64,000 nucleotides of DNA. Source: Camelus dromedarius (lineage: Eukaryota). Of the stretch, positions 27,293-41,242 are shown in pieces. The DNA is taken from positions 84,818,001 to 84,882,000 of the forward strand of contig NC_087437.1 of the NCBI RefSeq assembly GCF_036321535.1, in the 5' to 3' direction. The notes below the pieces were generated by a model. That model made no database searches. It had not been told where the DNA came from and worked only from the letters and a program-made list of their open reading frames with translations. A program made the position numbers and the translations under genes. Numbering within the stretch: the first letter of the stretch is position 1; each line of letters opens with the position of its first letter.

Positions 27293-28884
27293 TTTTTTAT
27301 TGAAGTATAGTCAGTTTATAATGTGTCAATTTCTGGTGTACAGCATAATGTTTTGGTTATACATATACATACATATATTCCTTTTCATTATAGGTCACCA
27401 CAAAATATTGAACATAGTTCCTTGCTACAGTAGAAACTTGTTGTTTATTTTATATATAGCACTTAGCATATGCAAATCTCGAACTCCCAATTTATCCCTT
27501 CCCACCCCTTTTCCCCCCGGTAACCATAGTTTATTTTCTATGTCTATGAATCTGTTTCTGTTTTCTGTAAATAAGTTCATTAGTGTCTTTTTTTCCTTTA
27601 GATCTACATATGAGTGATATCATATGGTATTTTCTTTCTCTTTCTGACTTACTTCACTTTGATGATGTCAGATCAATCCATGTTGCTACAAATGGAATTA
27701 TTTTATTCTTTTTTTATGGCTAAAGTAGTATTCCACGGTATAAATATACCAGAACTTCTTTATCTAGTCATCTGTCGATGAACATTTAGTTGGCTTCCAT
27801 GTTTTGGATATTATAAATAGTGCTGCTGTGAACATTGGGGTGCATGTATCTTTTCAAATGGGAGTTACCTCTAGATATATGCTCAGGAGTGGGATTGATG
27901 GATCATATGGTAAGTCTATTTTCAGTTTTTTGAGAAATCTCCCTAGCAAATTACCCAGAACATTTTTCACAGGAGTAGAACAAATAATTCTAAAATTTAT
28001 ATGGAATCTCAAAAGACCAATAATTGCCAAGGCAATGTTAAAGAAAAAGAACAAAGCTGGAGAAATAATCCTTCCAGACCTCAGACAATACTACAGAGCT
28101 ACAGTAATCGAAACAGCATGGTATTGGCACAAAAATAGATATATGGATCAGTGGAACAGAATAGAGAGCCCATAAATAAATCCAAAGACTTACCATCAAT
28201 AAATCTTTGACAAAGGAGGCAAGAATATACAGTGGAGAAAAAACAGTCTCTTCAGCAAGTGGTGTTGGGTAAACTGAACAGCCACATGTAAATCAATGAA
28301 GTTAGAATACTCCTTCACATCATACACAAAAATAAAAAACTCAAAATGGTTTAAAGACTTCAATATAAGGCAAGACACTATAAATCTCCTAGAAGAAAAC
28401 ATAGGCAAAACATTTTCTGACATAAATATTAGCAATGTTCTCCTAGGGCAGCTATCTACCTAGGCAACAGAAATAAAAACAAATAGAACCTAATTAAACT
28501 TAGAAGTTTGCCAGCAAAGGAAACCATAAGCAAAGCAAAATGGCAGCCTACAGAATGGGAGAAAATATTTGCAAATGACATGGCTGACAAGGGTTTAATT
28601 TCCAACATACATAAAAAGCTTGTATGCCTTAATAACAAAAAAACAAAACACCCAATTCAAAAATGGGCAGAAGACCTAAACAAGCAATTCTCCAATAGGC
28701 ACATGAAAAAAAGGTCGGTATCGCTAATTATCAGAGAAATGCAAATCAAAACTTCAATGAGGTATCACCTCACACCAGTAAGAATGTCCATCATACAAAA
28801 GTCCGTAAAGGATAATTGCTGGAGAGGCTGTGTCTTTCCTACACTGTTGGTGGGAGTGTAGTTTGGTACAGCCATTATAGAAAA
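27293..28884. mobile_element. 5'-truncated, 5'-inverted L1: 3' end on minus (27293-~27942), inverted ORF2 piece on plus (~27941-28884)
   Basis: Minus arm reads [13 protein letters not shown] then 3' UTR; plus arm reads [44 protein letters not shown]; the two arms are consecutive in L1 order. Confidence 0.92.
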
Positions 28885-29049
28885 TCTTGATTCTCTGGTT
28901 TTTGGCCATATGTGATTGCTCTTGAAATTGGGTTCTGTTTAATAGTAAGTAGCAGATATTGTCTGATACGGTTTTCAGGAGATCTTAAAAGTACAGGTTT
29001 CCTTATTTATATAAAGGTCCTTTTTTCTCCCATCTACAGTTTTCTTCCT

Positions 29050-29320
29050 CCTGCCTGTATCACAAACACTATGGCTAAAACCACAATAACTATATTTCAT
29101 CTAGGAGGAGGCGCCTTGAGTATGGAAGGCCACACAAAGAATGGTGCAGCAGGAAATCCAAAGGACTTTGGATTGAATCCTTGCTAACATCATGAAAGTG
29201 CCAGGCTACCATGTTATTGCCTACCTCCTGGCTCATTTTATTTGAGAGAAAAATAAAGTCCTCTCTTAATTAAATTACTGTTTTTGGTTTTCTCTTTTTA
29301 GCAGTTGAACAAGAACAAAA
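29050..29320 (+). mobile_element. MLT1J-like LTR relic
   Basis: tgcctacctcctggctcatttt..tgagagaaaaataaa..ttaaattactgtttttggttttctct. Confidence 0.6.
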
Positions 29321-31624
29321 ACTTACATAATACTCTTAATGTTAATAACTCTTAGCTTAATCTATTCAACATCCGCTCTTTGTTTCTATGTTCTCGTTGA
29401 TAGTAAAAAGTTAGAAAATTTGCTACCTTTTGTGTTTTTCCTGTCAATCATCCCTAAATGAAATAAATAACAAGGCTCTGTGGTTCTGTTAATTTTATGA
29501 CTCAATTTCAACACAACACAAAACAAAAATCAAGTACTAAAATGACTATTAAACTTTATAAACAGAATTCTTGATTCTCTTCTGAAACCAAACTACTATT
29601 TCTTAATTTTTCAAGTTTCATAACTAGCCATTAAACTCTTAGTAAAATGTAGTAGTTATATTTATTTCCATTTATTTTATCTTGTCAGTAGTCTTACTGT
29701 ATTTATCTCCAAAATAGATTCCTCTCCATTCTTCATGACCTTCACTTTTACAGCACTTACAGAGTACTGTGAAATTTGTCTTACTTGTCTATCTGTTTAG
29801 TTATTTGCTTTTTGTCTCCTTTCCAAAATAATGTCTTATAAAATTAAGACCTACAACTGACTTCTTAGCATCTGTATCTCCAGTGTCTAAAACATTAGTA
29901 GGTGTTCAAAATTATTTGCAAAAAAAGAGGGAGAGAGAGAAATACGTGTGTGTATGTGAATTTCTTTCTGTATAGAAAAATGAGAAAAATATAAAAAATC
30001 TAACGTGTTTTGCACCTGAATATGACTCAGCTATAAACCTGATATGACTGAGTAATCACTGAAATCAGACGGAGTTTTTTTGGAAATAGCTCATTTAAAT
30101 ATTCAGTGCAGAAGAACAGAAGTTCAAAATAGAAAACTAGATTAAAGCAGAGAGAAAAATAAAATTACTTTTTTTTACATCAGAGTCTGCGCCTGAAAAA
30201 TTGATATGTGCAATATAATTCCAAATAATTTTGTTCAAGTGTCTTATCTCAGGAATATATTCAGTATCTCAAAAATTTGAACTTTTCATACTTGGCTCAA
30301 AACACAATGATTTTAGAATAAGATATTAGAATTTTTTTTAAAGGCTCAAGAGGGATCCAAAACACAACACAGGATTTCCCCAGTATTTCATATTAACTGG
30401 ATTGGAGGTTAAAAAATCCATAAATATGTTATTGGGCATCTTTAAAAATTGTATTTCCATAAAAAAGCATAAAAAATATTTTAGAGAACTAAAGAAAGAA
30501 AAATTAATTAGGAATCCATTAGTCACTGTCTCGCATCTTAAAATCTTTAAATTTAGATCATGCTTGTTGTATTAAATGTTGACTATTTGATGAAAGTAAG
30601 AACAGATTTTCATAATACTATTATCAGCTTTGATTTGAAGATTGAGAGTTCTCTGATGTTATCAGTTCATTCTTCTGTCTTTTCCAGTGACTCAAAGTTG
30701 TGAGTTAAAACTTTCTATTTCCTGAATATAAATCATGAGTAAAAATAGAAACCGGAATGTTTAACTCACCCTACAGATTAAGCTGAATGTAGATAGTTGA
30801 TAAAACATAATGAGCGTTGCTTTTTGTTAGTATTATATAATATAATGTTACTATTATTCATTAGGTATCATATTTCAATTAAAAATATTTAGTGAAAATA
30901 TAAGAAAGAACAGGTTGAATACAAAATTTAACCATTATAATTATAATCTGTTATGTAAAAACATATATAAGTGAATGTTATAGAACTGTTACAAAGAAAA
31001 TATTAATGAATTAAGATTCATTCTTGCTTTGAAATTGTATGCTGCTAAAATTGTAAATCCTATTTAAGTTTTTTCTTTGAAGTTATATTAGCAGTCATTA
31101 AATTATTAGTCTAATTTAATGAGTTTAATCCAGAATTCAGGTACTTAATCAAGCTGTATAAAATTCATTATGCCTTACCTTTCCTTAATTTACAACATAG
31201 ATTAATGAAAATGTCACAGTTAAAAATATCTCAGTGATGCATTTGTAGAAATGATGCTGTACTTTGGTATGGTTTCTTATTTACTCACCATTCTCTTCCA
31301 GACAAAATTAAATACTCTAGCTCAAAGAATTACATTACTCACTTGTTATATAAGGATAATTTAATATTGGCAAGTTCTGTTTGTGTCTGTAATAATTTTT
31401 TCTGGTTCTGCTCTGCCACTAAATACAGGATTCCTTTTCCATTCTCCAAACTAATGTCCATCTAGTATCTGATTGAAAGTATTCAGAGGACTAGATTCCC
31501 CTACTTTGAGGGGGAATTTTTTTTCCATATTTGGCCAGTGTTAATTAGTACACCAGAAAAGGACAACCACTAATTTGCAGTCATTGGTCCTATTGTAGGC
31601 ATTCCAATTTTTAAAAAACTCCAT

Positions 31625-32120
31625 GTATTTTTTAGAACAGTTTTAGGAGAAAAGTTGAGAGGAAACTATACATATTTCTACATACCACCTGCCCCCACAC
31701 ATGCATAGCCTCCTCTATTATCAGCATTCCTTACCGAAGTGATATATTGGTTACAATTGATAAATGTATATTGATGCATTGTAGTCACTCAAAATCCGTA
31801 GTTAACCTTTGGGCCCACTCTTGGTAATATACATTCTATGGATTGAAACAAATGTAAATGATAGATATGCTAATTATAATATTTCTTAGAGTATTTTCAC
31901 TGCCCTTAAAATCCTCTGTGTCCCATCAATTCTGCCCAAACCCCGGTAAATACCAGGGAGCGTGGTTGCTACATTATCTAATAAAAGTATGTTTCGTTTT
32001 GTAAGAAACTGCCAAACTGTCTTCCAAAGTGACTGTACCATTTTTCATTCTCACCAACAACAAATGAAAGTTCCTGTTTCTCCACATCCTTACTGATATC
32101 TGGTGTTGTCAATGCTCTGG
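31625..32120 (-). mobile_element. L1MB/MC-type 3' fragment
   Basis: ttttagaacagttttagg..aaagttgagaggaa, cacacatgcatagcctcc, gtaagaaactgccaaactgtcttccaaagtg. Confidence 0.85.
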
Positions 32121-32419
32121 ATCCAGGAGGAAGAAGGTGTAATCTCACAGTACTTTTAAGAGCTAGGTTTGAAGCTGTAGTGTCCCTTCTGCCACAGTGT
32201 GTAGTCAAGGTAAGTTGCAAGAACAGGCTAAACTCACATCTAGATGTATGAAGTGCCATGTGTGTAAAGAAGGAAAATAATTGATAAAAACCATCTTTGT
32301 ACTCTACCAGTCACAACCTATATTACATGTCAGATTTTAATAAATCAAGCACGACTTTATAAATTTGGTGATATCTACATATTGATTAGTTAAAATGACC
32401 TCAAGAGGCAAGAAGAGAA

Positions 32420-34285
32420 TGGGACATAGAATAGGTGACAGAAATAGAAATCAATGGGAAATTGGTAGGTGTGAATCTCAAATGTATCAGTCACTTCTTT
32501 AAATGTAAATGTATTAAAAACTCCTATTGTAAAACTAAGATTTTCAGATTGGTTTAAAATAAATATATACACCTTACAAGATACATAGCTTACACATAAA
32601 GAATGGTTGAAAATAAAAGGACGTTCTAAATGCTTTAAACTCTTTTTTATTCTCAATATAGAAAGAAATCTTATAACAGCTGACAATAAAGAAACTTTCA
32701 AAAATAATCTCTGTCTCTCATTTGACAAATTATCAAGAAATTACATTAATTGAAGTAACAGAGTTGCCCTTTCTCTGGTGGATTCAGAATAAAGTGAGCA
32801 AATTGAATCCTTAGAAAAAGTAAATACATTTTAAAAATCGAGACATAGTTATTTAGATATACAAAAAATACACAAAATAAATATAAAATATTACACTCAA
32901 AAAAAAAAAAAAGGACAGAGAAATGTACTTAAATCACTGTCTGCAGAAGAGCTGATAAAGTAGACTTTAAAGTATAATGCACTTCCGGTGATAGAGAGAC
33001 CACCTAGTGGCCTGGCAGAGACAGAGAAACTACTTGATGGGAAAGGAATCATCAGTCTGAAGAATATTCTGTTTTAAAACTTGCATGTACTTTAACAATC
33101 TTAAAATATTTAAGGAAAAAAATCAATAAAACTAAAAGTAGAAAAAAAAAACACATCATACCTAGAGAATGAACAGAAAGAAAATTAGCAATTTAAAGCG
33201 GTTCTGAGTAACAGTTAAGCTCTACGTGACATATACAGAACACTGCAACTGACAGGGACAAAATGCACATCTTTTCATGTTCATATACGTATCTTTTCAT
33301 GATCATATAGTGGATGGTAAGACTCAACAAATGTGAAACCTCAGAACAAAGTGTTTATAGAATGGTCAATGGCAATAGAAAATTAAACCAGAAGTTTACA
33401 ACATGGTAATTGAGGAATCACCAAATGCTTGAAAGTTAAGCAATACACTTTTAAATACTCACAATCAAGGAAGAAAACCGAATGCAATTATAAACTGGTT
33501 TGAATTAATTAATAAAAAGAATATCAAAGCTTATGGTAAACCAGGAGGAAAATTTATAGCCTTAATGCATAAGTTAGACGAGAATATCTTTAAAATTTTC
33601 TGTATCTCCATCTTAAGAAGTTAGAAAACAAAGAAACTGGAAATTATACCCACTGAACTTAGAGGAAGGAAATAATAGAATAGAAAACAAATATATCCTG
33701 AAGAAACAACATAGCCACATCCGATTCCTTGAAATGACTGAAAACATTGATCATTTAGCAGAATAATCAGAAAAAAACATAAGAGAAAACAGGAAAAAAA
33801 GTACCAAATATAAAAATGAGGGAGGAGGGCATAGCTCAGTGGTAGAGTGTGTGCTTAACATACACAAGGTCCTAGGTTCAATCCGCAGTGACTCCATTAA
33901 CAAATAATTAAACTTAATTACCCCCAAAAAAGAATTTAAAATAAAATAAAATTGAAATATCCCCAAACATGAAAATGGATACTAAATATAATATTATGTT
34001 TGAAACAGCTTTTTCCAATAATTTGAAAATTTGGAAGAAATGGACAATTTTCTGAAAATACATAACTTTTAAAAAAGGAAAGAACAGTAGAAAATCTGAA
34101 ATCTTAATACTAATTTATAAATATGGTTATAATCAAAAGACTTCCTCCAAAGAAATCTGCAACTTCAGATGTCTTCTTCATTGATTTCTTCTGAACATTG
34201 GATATGGATCTTAAATAGTCACTTTTAGAAAATAGGAAGAATTGTTGAGGGTTTCCATGAAGCCAGAAAAACTCTTTGTTTCCCA
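32420..34285 (+). mobile_element. Ancient L1M ORF2 5' half relic
   Basis: ttaaatgtaaatgtattaaa, aagttaagcaatacacttttaaat, ggaaaatttatagccttaatgc, ggaagaaatggacaattttctgaaaa. Confidence 0.7.
33820..33950 (+). mobile_element. tRNA-derived SINE (camelid Vic-1-like)
   Basis: GGGAGGAGGGCATAGCTCAGTGGTAGAG head, A box 33832-33842, B box GGTTCAATCC 33875-33884, A-rich tail with taattacc; degenerate TSD ataaaaatga / ataaaattga. Confidence 0.88.
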
Positions 34286-34299
34286 AACCTGACAAGCTC

Positions 34300-34880
34300 A
34301 TTAAAGGAATAGAAAGTAGCCTCTGAGAGCCAGGAGCTGGCCTTGGACTTCATCAAGGCTTTGGTGTTGCTGAGAACTTGTATGGAACTCACAGCTATGC
34401 CCATGGTGCTCTTCTCCATAAAGGATGAAACATCAGCATCAGACAGGACTCCTCTAGAAACTCAATGGATCAAGACAAAACAAGGTCACTCCTTTTTTGT
34501 GAACAAATTTACAGAAAACAGTAATGTTGCCCAAACTGCAAAAATGACCAAATATTCCCGTATCTGGCTGATTCAAGTTACTGCTGCTTCCTTATTGATA
34601 ACAACTTTAGCTTCGCATTACACTTCCTATCCTCTAGATAAGAAATAGTAAGATAATCAGAGTATTGTCTCTGCATCCTCATAATACTCAGTATAGATTA
34701 CCCTGCTTCCTAAAACTCAACACAAAACAATTGCTATATAAGTAGACTCTGTTACTGAGAAGCCCATTGATTCCAATAATGTGCATATATCATCCTTGAA
34801 ATAAGTCAACAAACCCAAATTCATTCAAATACAGGTGAATTTGAATAACTTTGTTTTTTCTTTTGAGGACATTGGCACAT
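34300..34880 (+). mobile_element. Old ERV1-class LTR (MER67-like, tentative)
   Basis: ctgagagccaggagctggcc, catcagaca, atggatcaagacaaaacaagg, cctctagataaga. Confidence 0.55.
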
Positions 34881-35424
34881 CATATATGTTTGAGCTTAGT
34901 ATTCTGAATGTACTTATAAAGTGAGAGCATGTGAGGTAAGATTGGAGAGTTAGAGGAAGTGGAATGCCAGCAGTCTGGAGCCCCTGAAGGATTTAAGGAG
35001 GGTGGTATGATGATTGCCCTGGACTTTTTCTAATTTTAATACCCCCACCCCCCAAAAAAGTAAGATACAGAGAAAAATATACACTGTGGTAGTTCAAGAA
35101 TGAAGCACAATTCATTTCTTAATGGTTTCTAATTTTTGTCCGTTAGATTAACTGTAAGATTAACTAGGATCACTGAATAAGTTGGTTGTTTGGATTAAGC
35201 ACTTTTATAACAATCTACTCTTTGGATATTTTATCTGCACTCCTATTTATTCCAAACTAGCTTTGCCATGAAAATTATTTTATACAAAAAAAGAAACAAT
35301 TCTGACTGAAATATAACAGGATTTGTGTGTAAGGGTGGGGTAAGGAGACACATGCGACTTCTCTAGTCTAATCTCTTCCCATTCTTTGTTGTATTGCATT
35401 TTTGCTGATCCTCAAATATGACAA

Positions 35425-37085
35425 TTCTGCTCCTGCCCCATGACCTTACTCATGCCTTTCCCACTGCTTAAAATGCTCTTATGAACAGAATAGAGAGCCC
35501 AGAAAAACAAACAAACAAAAAAACCCCAAAGACTTACAGTCAATTAATCTTTGAAAAAGAGGCAAGAAAATACAATGGAGAAAAGACAGTCTCTTCAGCA
35601 GGTGGTGTTGGGAAAACAGCACATCTGCATGTAGATCAATGAAGTTAGAACACTCCCTCACACCATACACAAAAATAAACTCAAAATGGCTTAAAGACTT
35701 AAACATGAGATAAGACACTATAAACCTCCTAGAAGAAAACATAGGCAAAGTGTTTTCTGACATAAATCTTAGCAATGTTCTCCTAACACAGTTTATCCAG
35801 ACAATAGAAATAAAAGCAAAAATAAGCAAATGGGACCTAATAAAACTTACAAGCTTTTCACAGCAAAGGAAACCATAAACAAAACAAAAAGACAACCTAT
35901 GGAATGGGAGAAAATATTTGCAAATGATGCTACTGACAAGGGCTTAATTTCCAGAATATATAAAAAGCTCATACAACACAATAACAACAATAACAACCAC
36001 AAAACACAATCCAAAAATGGGCAGAAGACCTAAAAAAGCAATTCTCCAATGAATATATACAAATGGCCCATAGGCACGTGGGAAAATGCCCAATGTCGAT
36101 AATTATCAGAGAAATGCAAATCAAAATTATCATGAGGTAGCACCTCACACCAGTCAGAATGGCCATCATTCAAAAGTACACAAATGATAAATGCTGGAAA
36201 GGCTGTGGAGAAAAGGGAACCCTCCTACACTGTTGCTGGCAATGTAGTTTGGTGCAGCCATTATGGAAAACAATATGGAAATTCCTCAAAAAACTGAAAG
36301 TTGACTTACCATATGATCCAGCAATCCCATTCCTGGGCATATATCTGGAGGGGACTCTGTAATTTCAAAAGATACATACAGTCTATTTACAATAGCCAAG
36401 ACATGGAAATTGCCTAAATGTCTATCGACCGATGACTGGATAAAGAAACTCTGGTATATTTATATGATTAAATACTACTCAGAAAGAGAAAGGAAAATAG
36501 AATATGATATCACTCATATATGGAATCTAAAAAAAAAGAAAACGAGAAGACACAAATCAAGTTATCTACAAAACAGACTCACAGACAGTAAACAATATTA
36601 TGGTTCCTAGGGGCAAAGGGAGTGGGAAGGGATAAATTGGGAGTTCGAGATTTGCAAAAATTAACTGCTATATATAAAGTAGATGAACAACAAGCTTCAC
36701 TGTATAGCACAGCGAACTGTATTCAAAATCTTGTAGTAATCTATAATGAAAAAGAATATGAAAAGAAATATATGTATTATATGTATGACTGAAACATTAA
36801 GCTGTATACCAGAAATTGATACATTGTAAACTGATTATACTTCAATTAAAAGGAATAAAAAATAAAACACTCTTATGCTAGATAGTCTCATGTCTAACTC
36901 CCTCATTCCAGTCAGGTTTGCTGCTCAAATATGACCTGTTCTGACCACTTTGTCTACAGTGCCACGCACCTCTGGTCACCTTCTAACTCCATGCCATGCA
37001 TTATACTTCATTATTGCATGTGTCAGTATATTACCAGAATCTATCCTAGCACACTATAAAAATTTAATACATATTTGATAATAAA
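35425..37085 (+). mobile_element. L2 fragment split by an L1 insertion
   Basis: ccatgaccttactcatgcctttcccactgcttaaaa..ctctt | ..atgtctaactccctcattcc..ctcaaat. Confidence 0.55.
35484..36863 (+). mobile_element. 5'-truncated L1 (ORF2 C-terminus and 3' UTR) with 14-bp TSD
   Basis: [50 protein letters not shown] aaaatgctcttatg 35470-35483 / aaaacactcttatg 36864-36877; TT/AAAA target. Confidence 0.95.
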
Positions 37086-40000
37086 TAAATTATTTAAAAA
37101 GTAAAATGATGCAAATATTTGTTGCAAACAAAAACTGGTAATCATTCTGTTTCTATTCTCCTCTGCTAATTCTGAATATAATTCATTTTTTTAAGTTTGA
37201 GATAAAGTGGACTACAAACCAAAGAAACCAGCTTCCTTTAAATTCTTCTCATTTTTATTTCATACTGGACATGATACAGGGCTGGTAATTAATAGGTATG
37301 CCCCAACCAGAATATAAAATACTTTACAAAAAAGTTTTTAATCAAATATTTTCCCTTATCAAATGTCAAAGCTTTATGGATATCTGGAGGTAGAGCAGCT
37401 ATTGGAATGCAGGTTCATTTCAGCTTGGTAAATGATCTTGAACATTTATTAAAGTTTCTATTTATAGAAATTTTAACTCTTTTATAAGTTAATGAACAAA
37501 ATAACAACTTGCCATCTTATACTGTATCACAAGATAAATTGAAGGAGATGTGCTGTTTTCACCTTCCTGATGGAACTCAAATTTGATAGATGAAATGTCA
37601 GAGCATTATAATAAATGCAAAGGCTAATGGCCTATTAATCCTACTTGATATGTGATGTACCAAATTAAGAAAGATTATTTCTGCACTGCATCTACTTTTA
37701 AGTTTTCTTTAGCATTCTTGCCAGTTAAAAATAGGAGACTTCATAGTTTATAATCCATGGTTTATTTAATGTAGCAAATTGATGCATAGGTGTTGAAGGT
37801 GGGGAACTGGAACTATTTAAATCAATCTACTCTTCTATATTAATGTTTAGATAACAGACTGTATTTAACAAATAGATATAGATAAACATATAGATATATT
37901 TCTATGTTACACATATATCATATATTGCTTTGTCACACATATATTTTATATTACATATATAGAGGAAGGGGAAAGCTTGAATTAAGTACTGCTTTGTGAA
38001 ATTTAATTGTACAATTAAATATATAATGTCTTGAGAAATTGCCCTTAGTTTTCCCCAGAGTAGAATGCTCCCTCTGAATGATTATTTTAAATATAATTAT
38101 GTGTTAAAACACACTTCTGTTTTATATTACTTTTCTGTGTGTCCCATGGGAACACACAGTATTAATTGAAAGATGATATTTATGCCTTAAATATTACAGA
38201 ATGTGTATCTGGTTGTGTACATTAGCATGTGCATGTAATATATACTATAGCACATGTAATATAATATTTAAAATAAAGATTTGAGTTAATTTTGATGTTT
38301 AATGTTCATTAATAACAAGAAAAGTACATAGTGAGTGTGGGAAATCTTTGTCCCAAATATTAAGGAAGTACTCAAAGAGTGATGAAAAATATGGTTTTAA
38401 AGGAAAATGTTTTAGCTGTTGTTTCCATCTAATGCACTAAGAATTGATGTTTATCAGTCTGCCTTAAAGACCACAGGAGATCCAGAAACTCATAAATTCA
38501 ATATATGATACCCCAATAAATAATAATCATTTTTGATGTTTGGGTATATTTTTTGAGATATTTCTCCTTCCTAATTCAAAAATGTTGAGTCAGAATTTCC
38601 ATTATGAAATGATTTCAGAAATGAGAATTGTGTTTATTTACTTTGTCACTCATTAACTGCTGGACATTTTAGATCTTACTGTCATAGAAGTTGTGTTGCC
38701 TTACACAGTAAAAATATTATTTATTTTCACCTTTGTCTTAGTCTCATGGCAGGCTCTTGTATTTTTAAGATATCTTAGGAATACACTGAAATTTCCATTT
38801 TTTTTTAAGGTTTTGGAATTCTAATACCTTTTGTACTCAATCTAGGGTCCCATAAACATTTTCACTGTTACAGAGGCAATGGATAACCCTGAGGTTTACA
38901 CTTAAAATCCACGCACAAATGTGGTTAGCCACCAATTGGCTAAATACAGGAAATTGTAAAGTCTTAGATTCCCAGAACTCTAATCAAAGTGACCTAATTT
39001 TAATCTCAAAGAAGCACAATTAGAATATGATTATAACATCATAACATCACATGGGAAATTTAATTTATCCTATTAAACCCTGACTCAAAAATTAATATGT
39101 GATTAAAGAAAATTTTCAGAGTGAATCATAGAGAAGGGAAGACTTAAAAGTCAGAAGTGAACAACTTACTCAGCAAAATCCAGGCTAAAGAGACACTGTG
39201 TTCTCAGAAAAACGATAGAACTACTTTAACAAGCCTCATAATTGCCTGGGTGGAATATTTCTCCAAAGTCATTTCTCCTTGCTTTAGATTGAGACTTCAT
39301 AAGCATTCTGTTAATTATTAATTTGGTTTTCCCTTTGGAGTGATATTAGGAAGGGTTACTGCTTTGGCTAATATAAGCATTGCAATTTGTGAAAAAGTTT
39401 GCATTTACTTTTAAATGAATAAAATACTTTTAAACTATATGAAGTAAATTTATTTACTTTAGTATCAATGTATTCTACGACTATGTTTCCTCCTAAAGTA
39501 TAATCAATTCTAGAATATAGAAATAGCAGTCTCCAGACTACAAAATAGGATACATGCACAAGGGCAGTGCCATATTTGGATTGAGTCCTTTGGTCCTCCT
39601 GGCAAGATACTTAAACTTATCACTGTACCTTTTCTAACTTGAGGGAGGTGGCCTAGATCCAGGGCTGATTCACTAAACTTGATTTTAGCGTGGTTAAAAA
39701 AAAAAGTGTCAACATGATGAATGTGCACAAAGTAAAGGCAGGAGGAAAATGAACTTCTAGTGAAGTGCCTCTATTATATGCTAACAGCTCATTTGACAGC
39801 AGTGAACATTTGTAGTGACCTTGGTGGAGATAAATAAATAAACAAATAAATAAAAGTTCACAGAGCGGCACAAACTTTCACCCTCCAGTGCAAGTCAAAC
39901 ACCTACTCTAATGAATGACTCTCATGCCCATAATACAGTTTCTGTGAATTGCTTACGTAGACGGTGTGTAGCATGTCATTTACATTCCATGATAAATAAT

Positions 40001-40809
40001 AAAACATCTCTGGTGGCACAGCACTTCCATTATGCTCTCTATTATAGGCTGACCAGGTTAAAATTGAATTTCAAATTTAAAATCTACCCTGGCCTATTGC
40101 AATTTTACAACTGAACTTGAATTATTTAAACTTTTTTCATGGCTCTTGTAAAGACCACAGATCAGGGTTTAATTGTAACTAATTAGATGATATGACTAAG
40201 TAAAAAACACAAATTGAAATGGATGAGAAGGTATAATATTGCTCTGATGAAGAACTGATGGATAAATCTGTTCTTCACCTTTAGTACATTCAATATTCTT
40301 TCAAATTATCGGTAAAAGTGGTTTAAACATTATATTGAATACCACATTGAATTTTGTTCTTTGGTGCATAAAGATCATTTTTCCTTTTCATTTTGAGTAA
40401 TATTTCACCCTTTATCCAATTAGACTAAAGAATTTATATGATCCAAATAAACTAGCTGCATATATGAGCAGCAGTATTTCAAGGAGAATATGCCCTCAAT
40501 GATTTACCAGAAAACCTTGTTAACTTGTAAGGATGATTCATAGATTGCTGACTTAAAAGCAAAGCAGAGCCTGTGAGAAAAACCAAGAAGAGAGGCTGAA
40601 TTCTGGATTTGTATTGGTTTTGGTAACTATTAACACCATTAATTCCCCAACCCTTTTTACTATTAAGTCTTTGTGAAATACGCCACTGCACACTGATGAC
40701 TTAACTTTATGGACTTAAACACCTAAAATGTATTACTCATGGATTTGCTCTTGATTTAATACCAATTATTATTATTGGTATATCATTGTTGTATCATTAT
40801 TATTAGTTA

Positions 40810-41070
40810 GTAAACCCTTTGTTATATCCCAGGCATACTGCTAAAAACTTTGCATGCAAATGCATTTGATTTTTTACAACAGAACTTTGAATGCTTAATG
40901 CATTTGATTTTTCTCTGCAGTGCAATAAGGCAGTGCTCTCATTATTTGCATTTTATCTGTAAATAAACACAGGTTTATGGAGGCTAAGATGAGACAGGTA
41001 AAAAGTCACAGGGTGGCAACCCCAATCCAACTTTTTTTCCACCGACTTTTGTCACTATGCACTATCTGCT
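40810..41070 (-). mobile_element. MIR relic
   Basis: ccaggcatactgctaaaaactttgcatgca, cattttatctgtaaataaacacaggttt..gaggctaag. Confidence 0.55.
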
Positions 41071-41126
41071 TTCTTATTTCTTATTTTATATCCAAACAGC
41101 TTTTTTCCTTCAAACTTAGATTATAA

Positions 41127-41172
41127 CATATATATGTGTGTGTGTATACACACACACACACACACACACACA
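41127..41172. repeat. (TA)(TG)(CA)n microsatellite
   Basis: Directly visible. Confidence 0.9.
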
Positions 41173-41242
41173 GATTTCTTTTTCCCACAGGTCTTATGGA
41201 TAATGCTTATAACTGCTTGATTAGTCATTTTTAATATTTTAC

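Noticed and set aside
33820..33895. Possible tRNA gene
   Set aside because: Has A and B boxes but no clean cloverleaf, and carries an A-rich tail and TSD, so it is a SINE.
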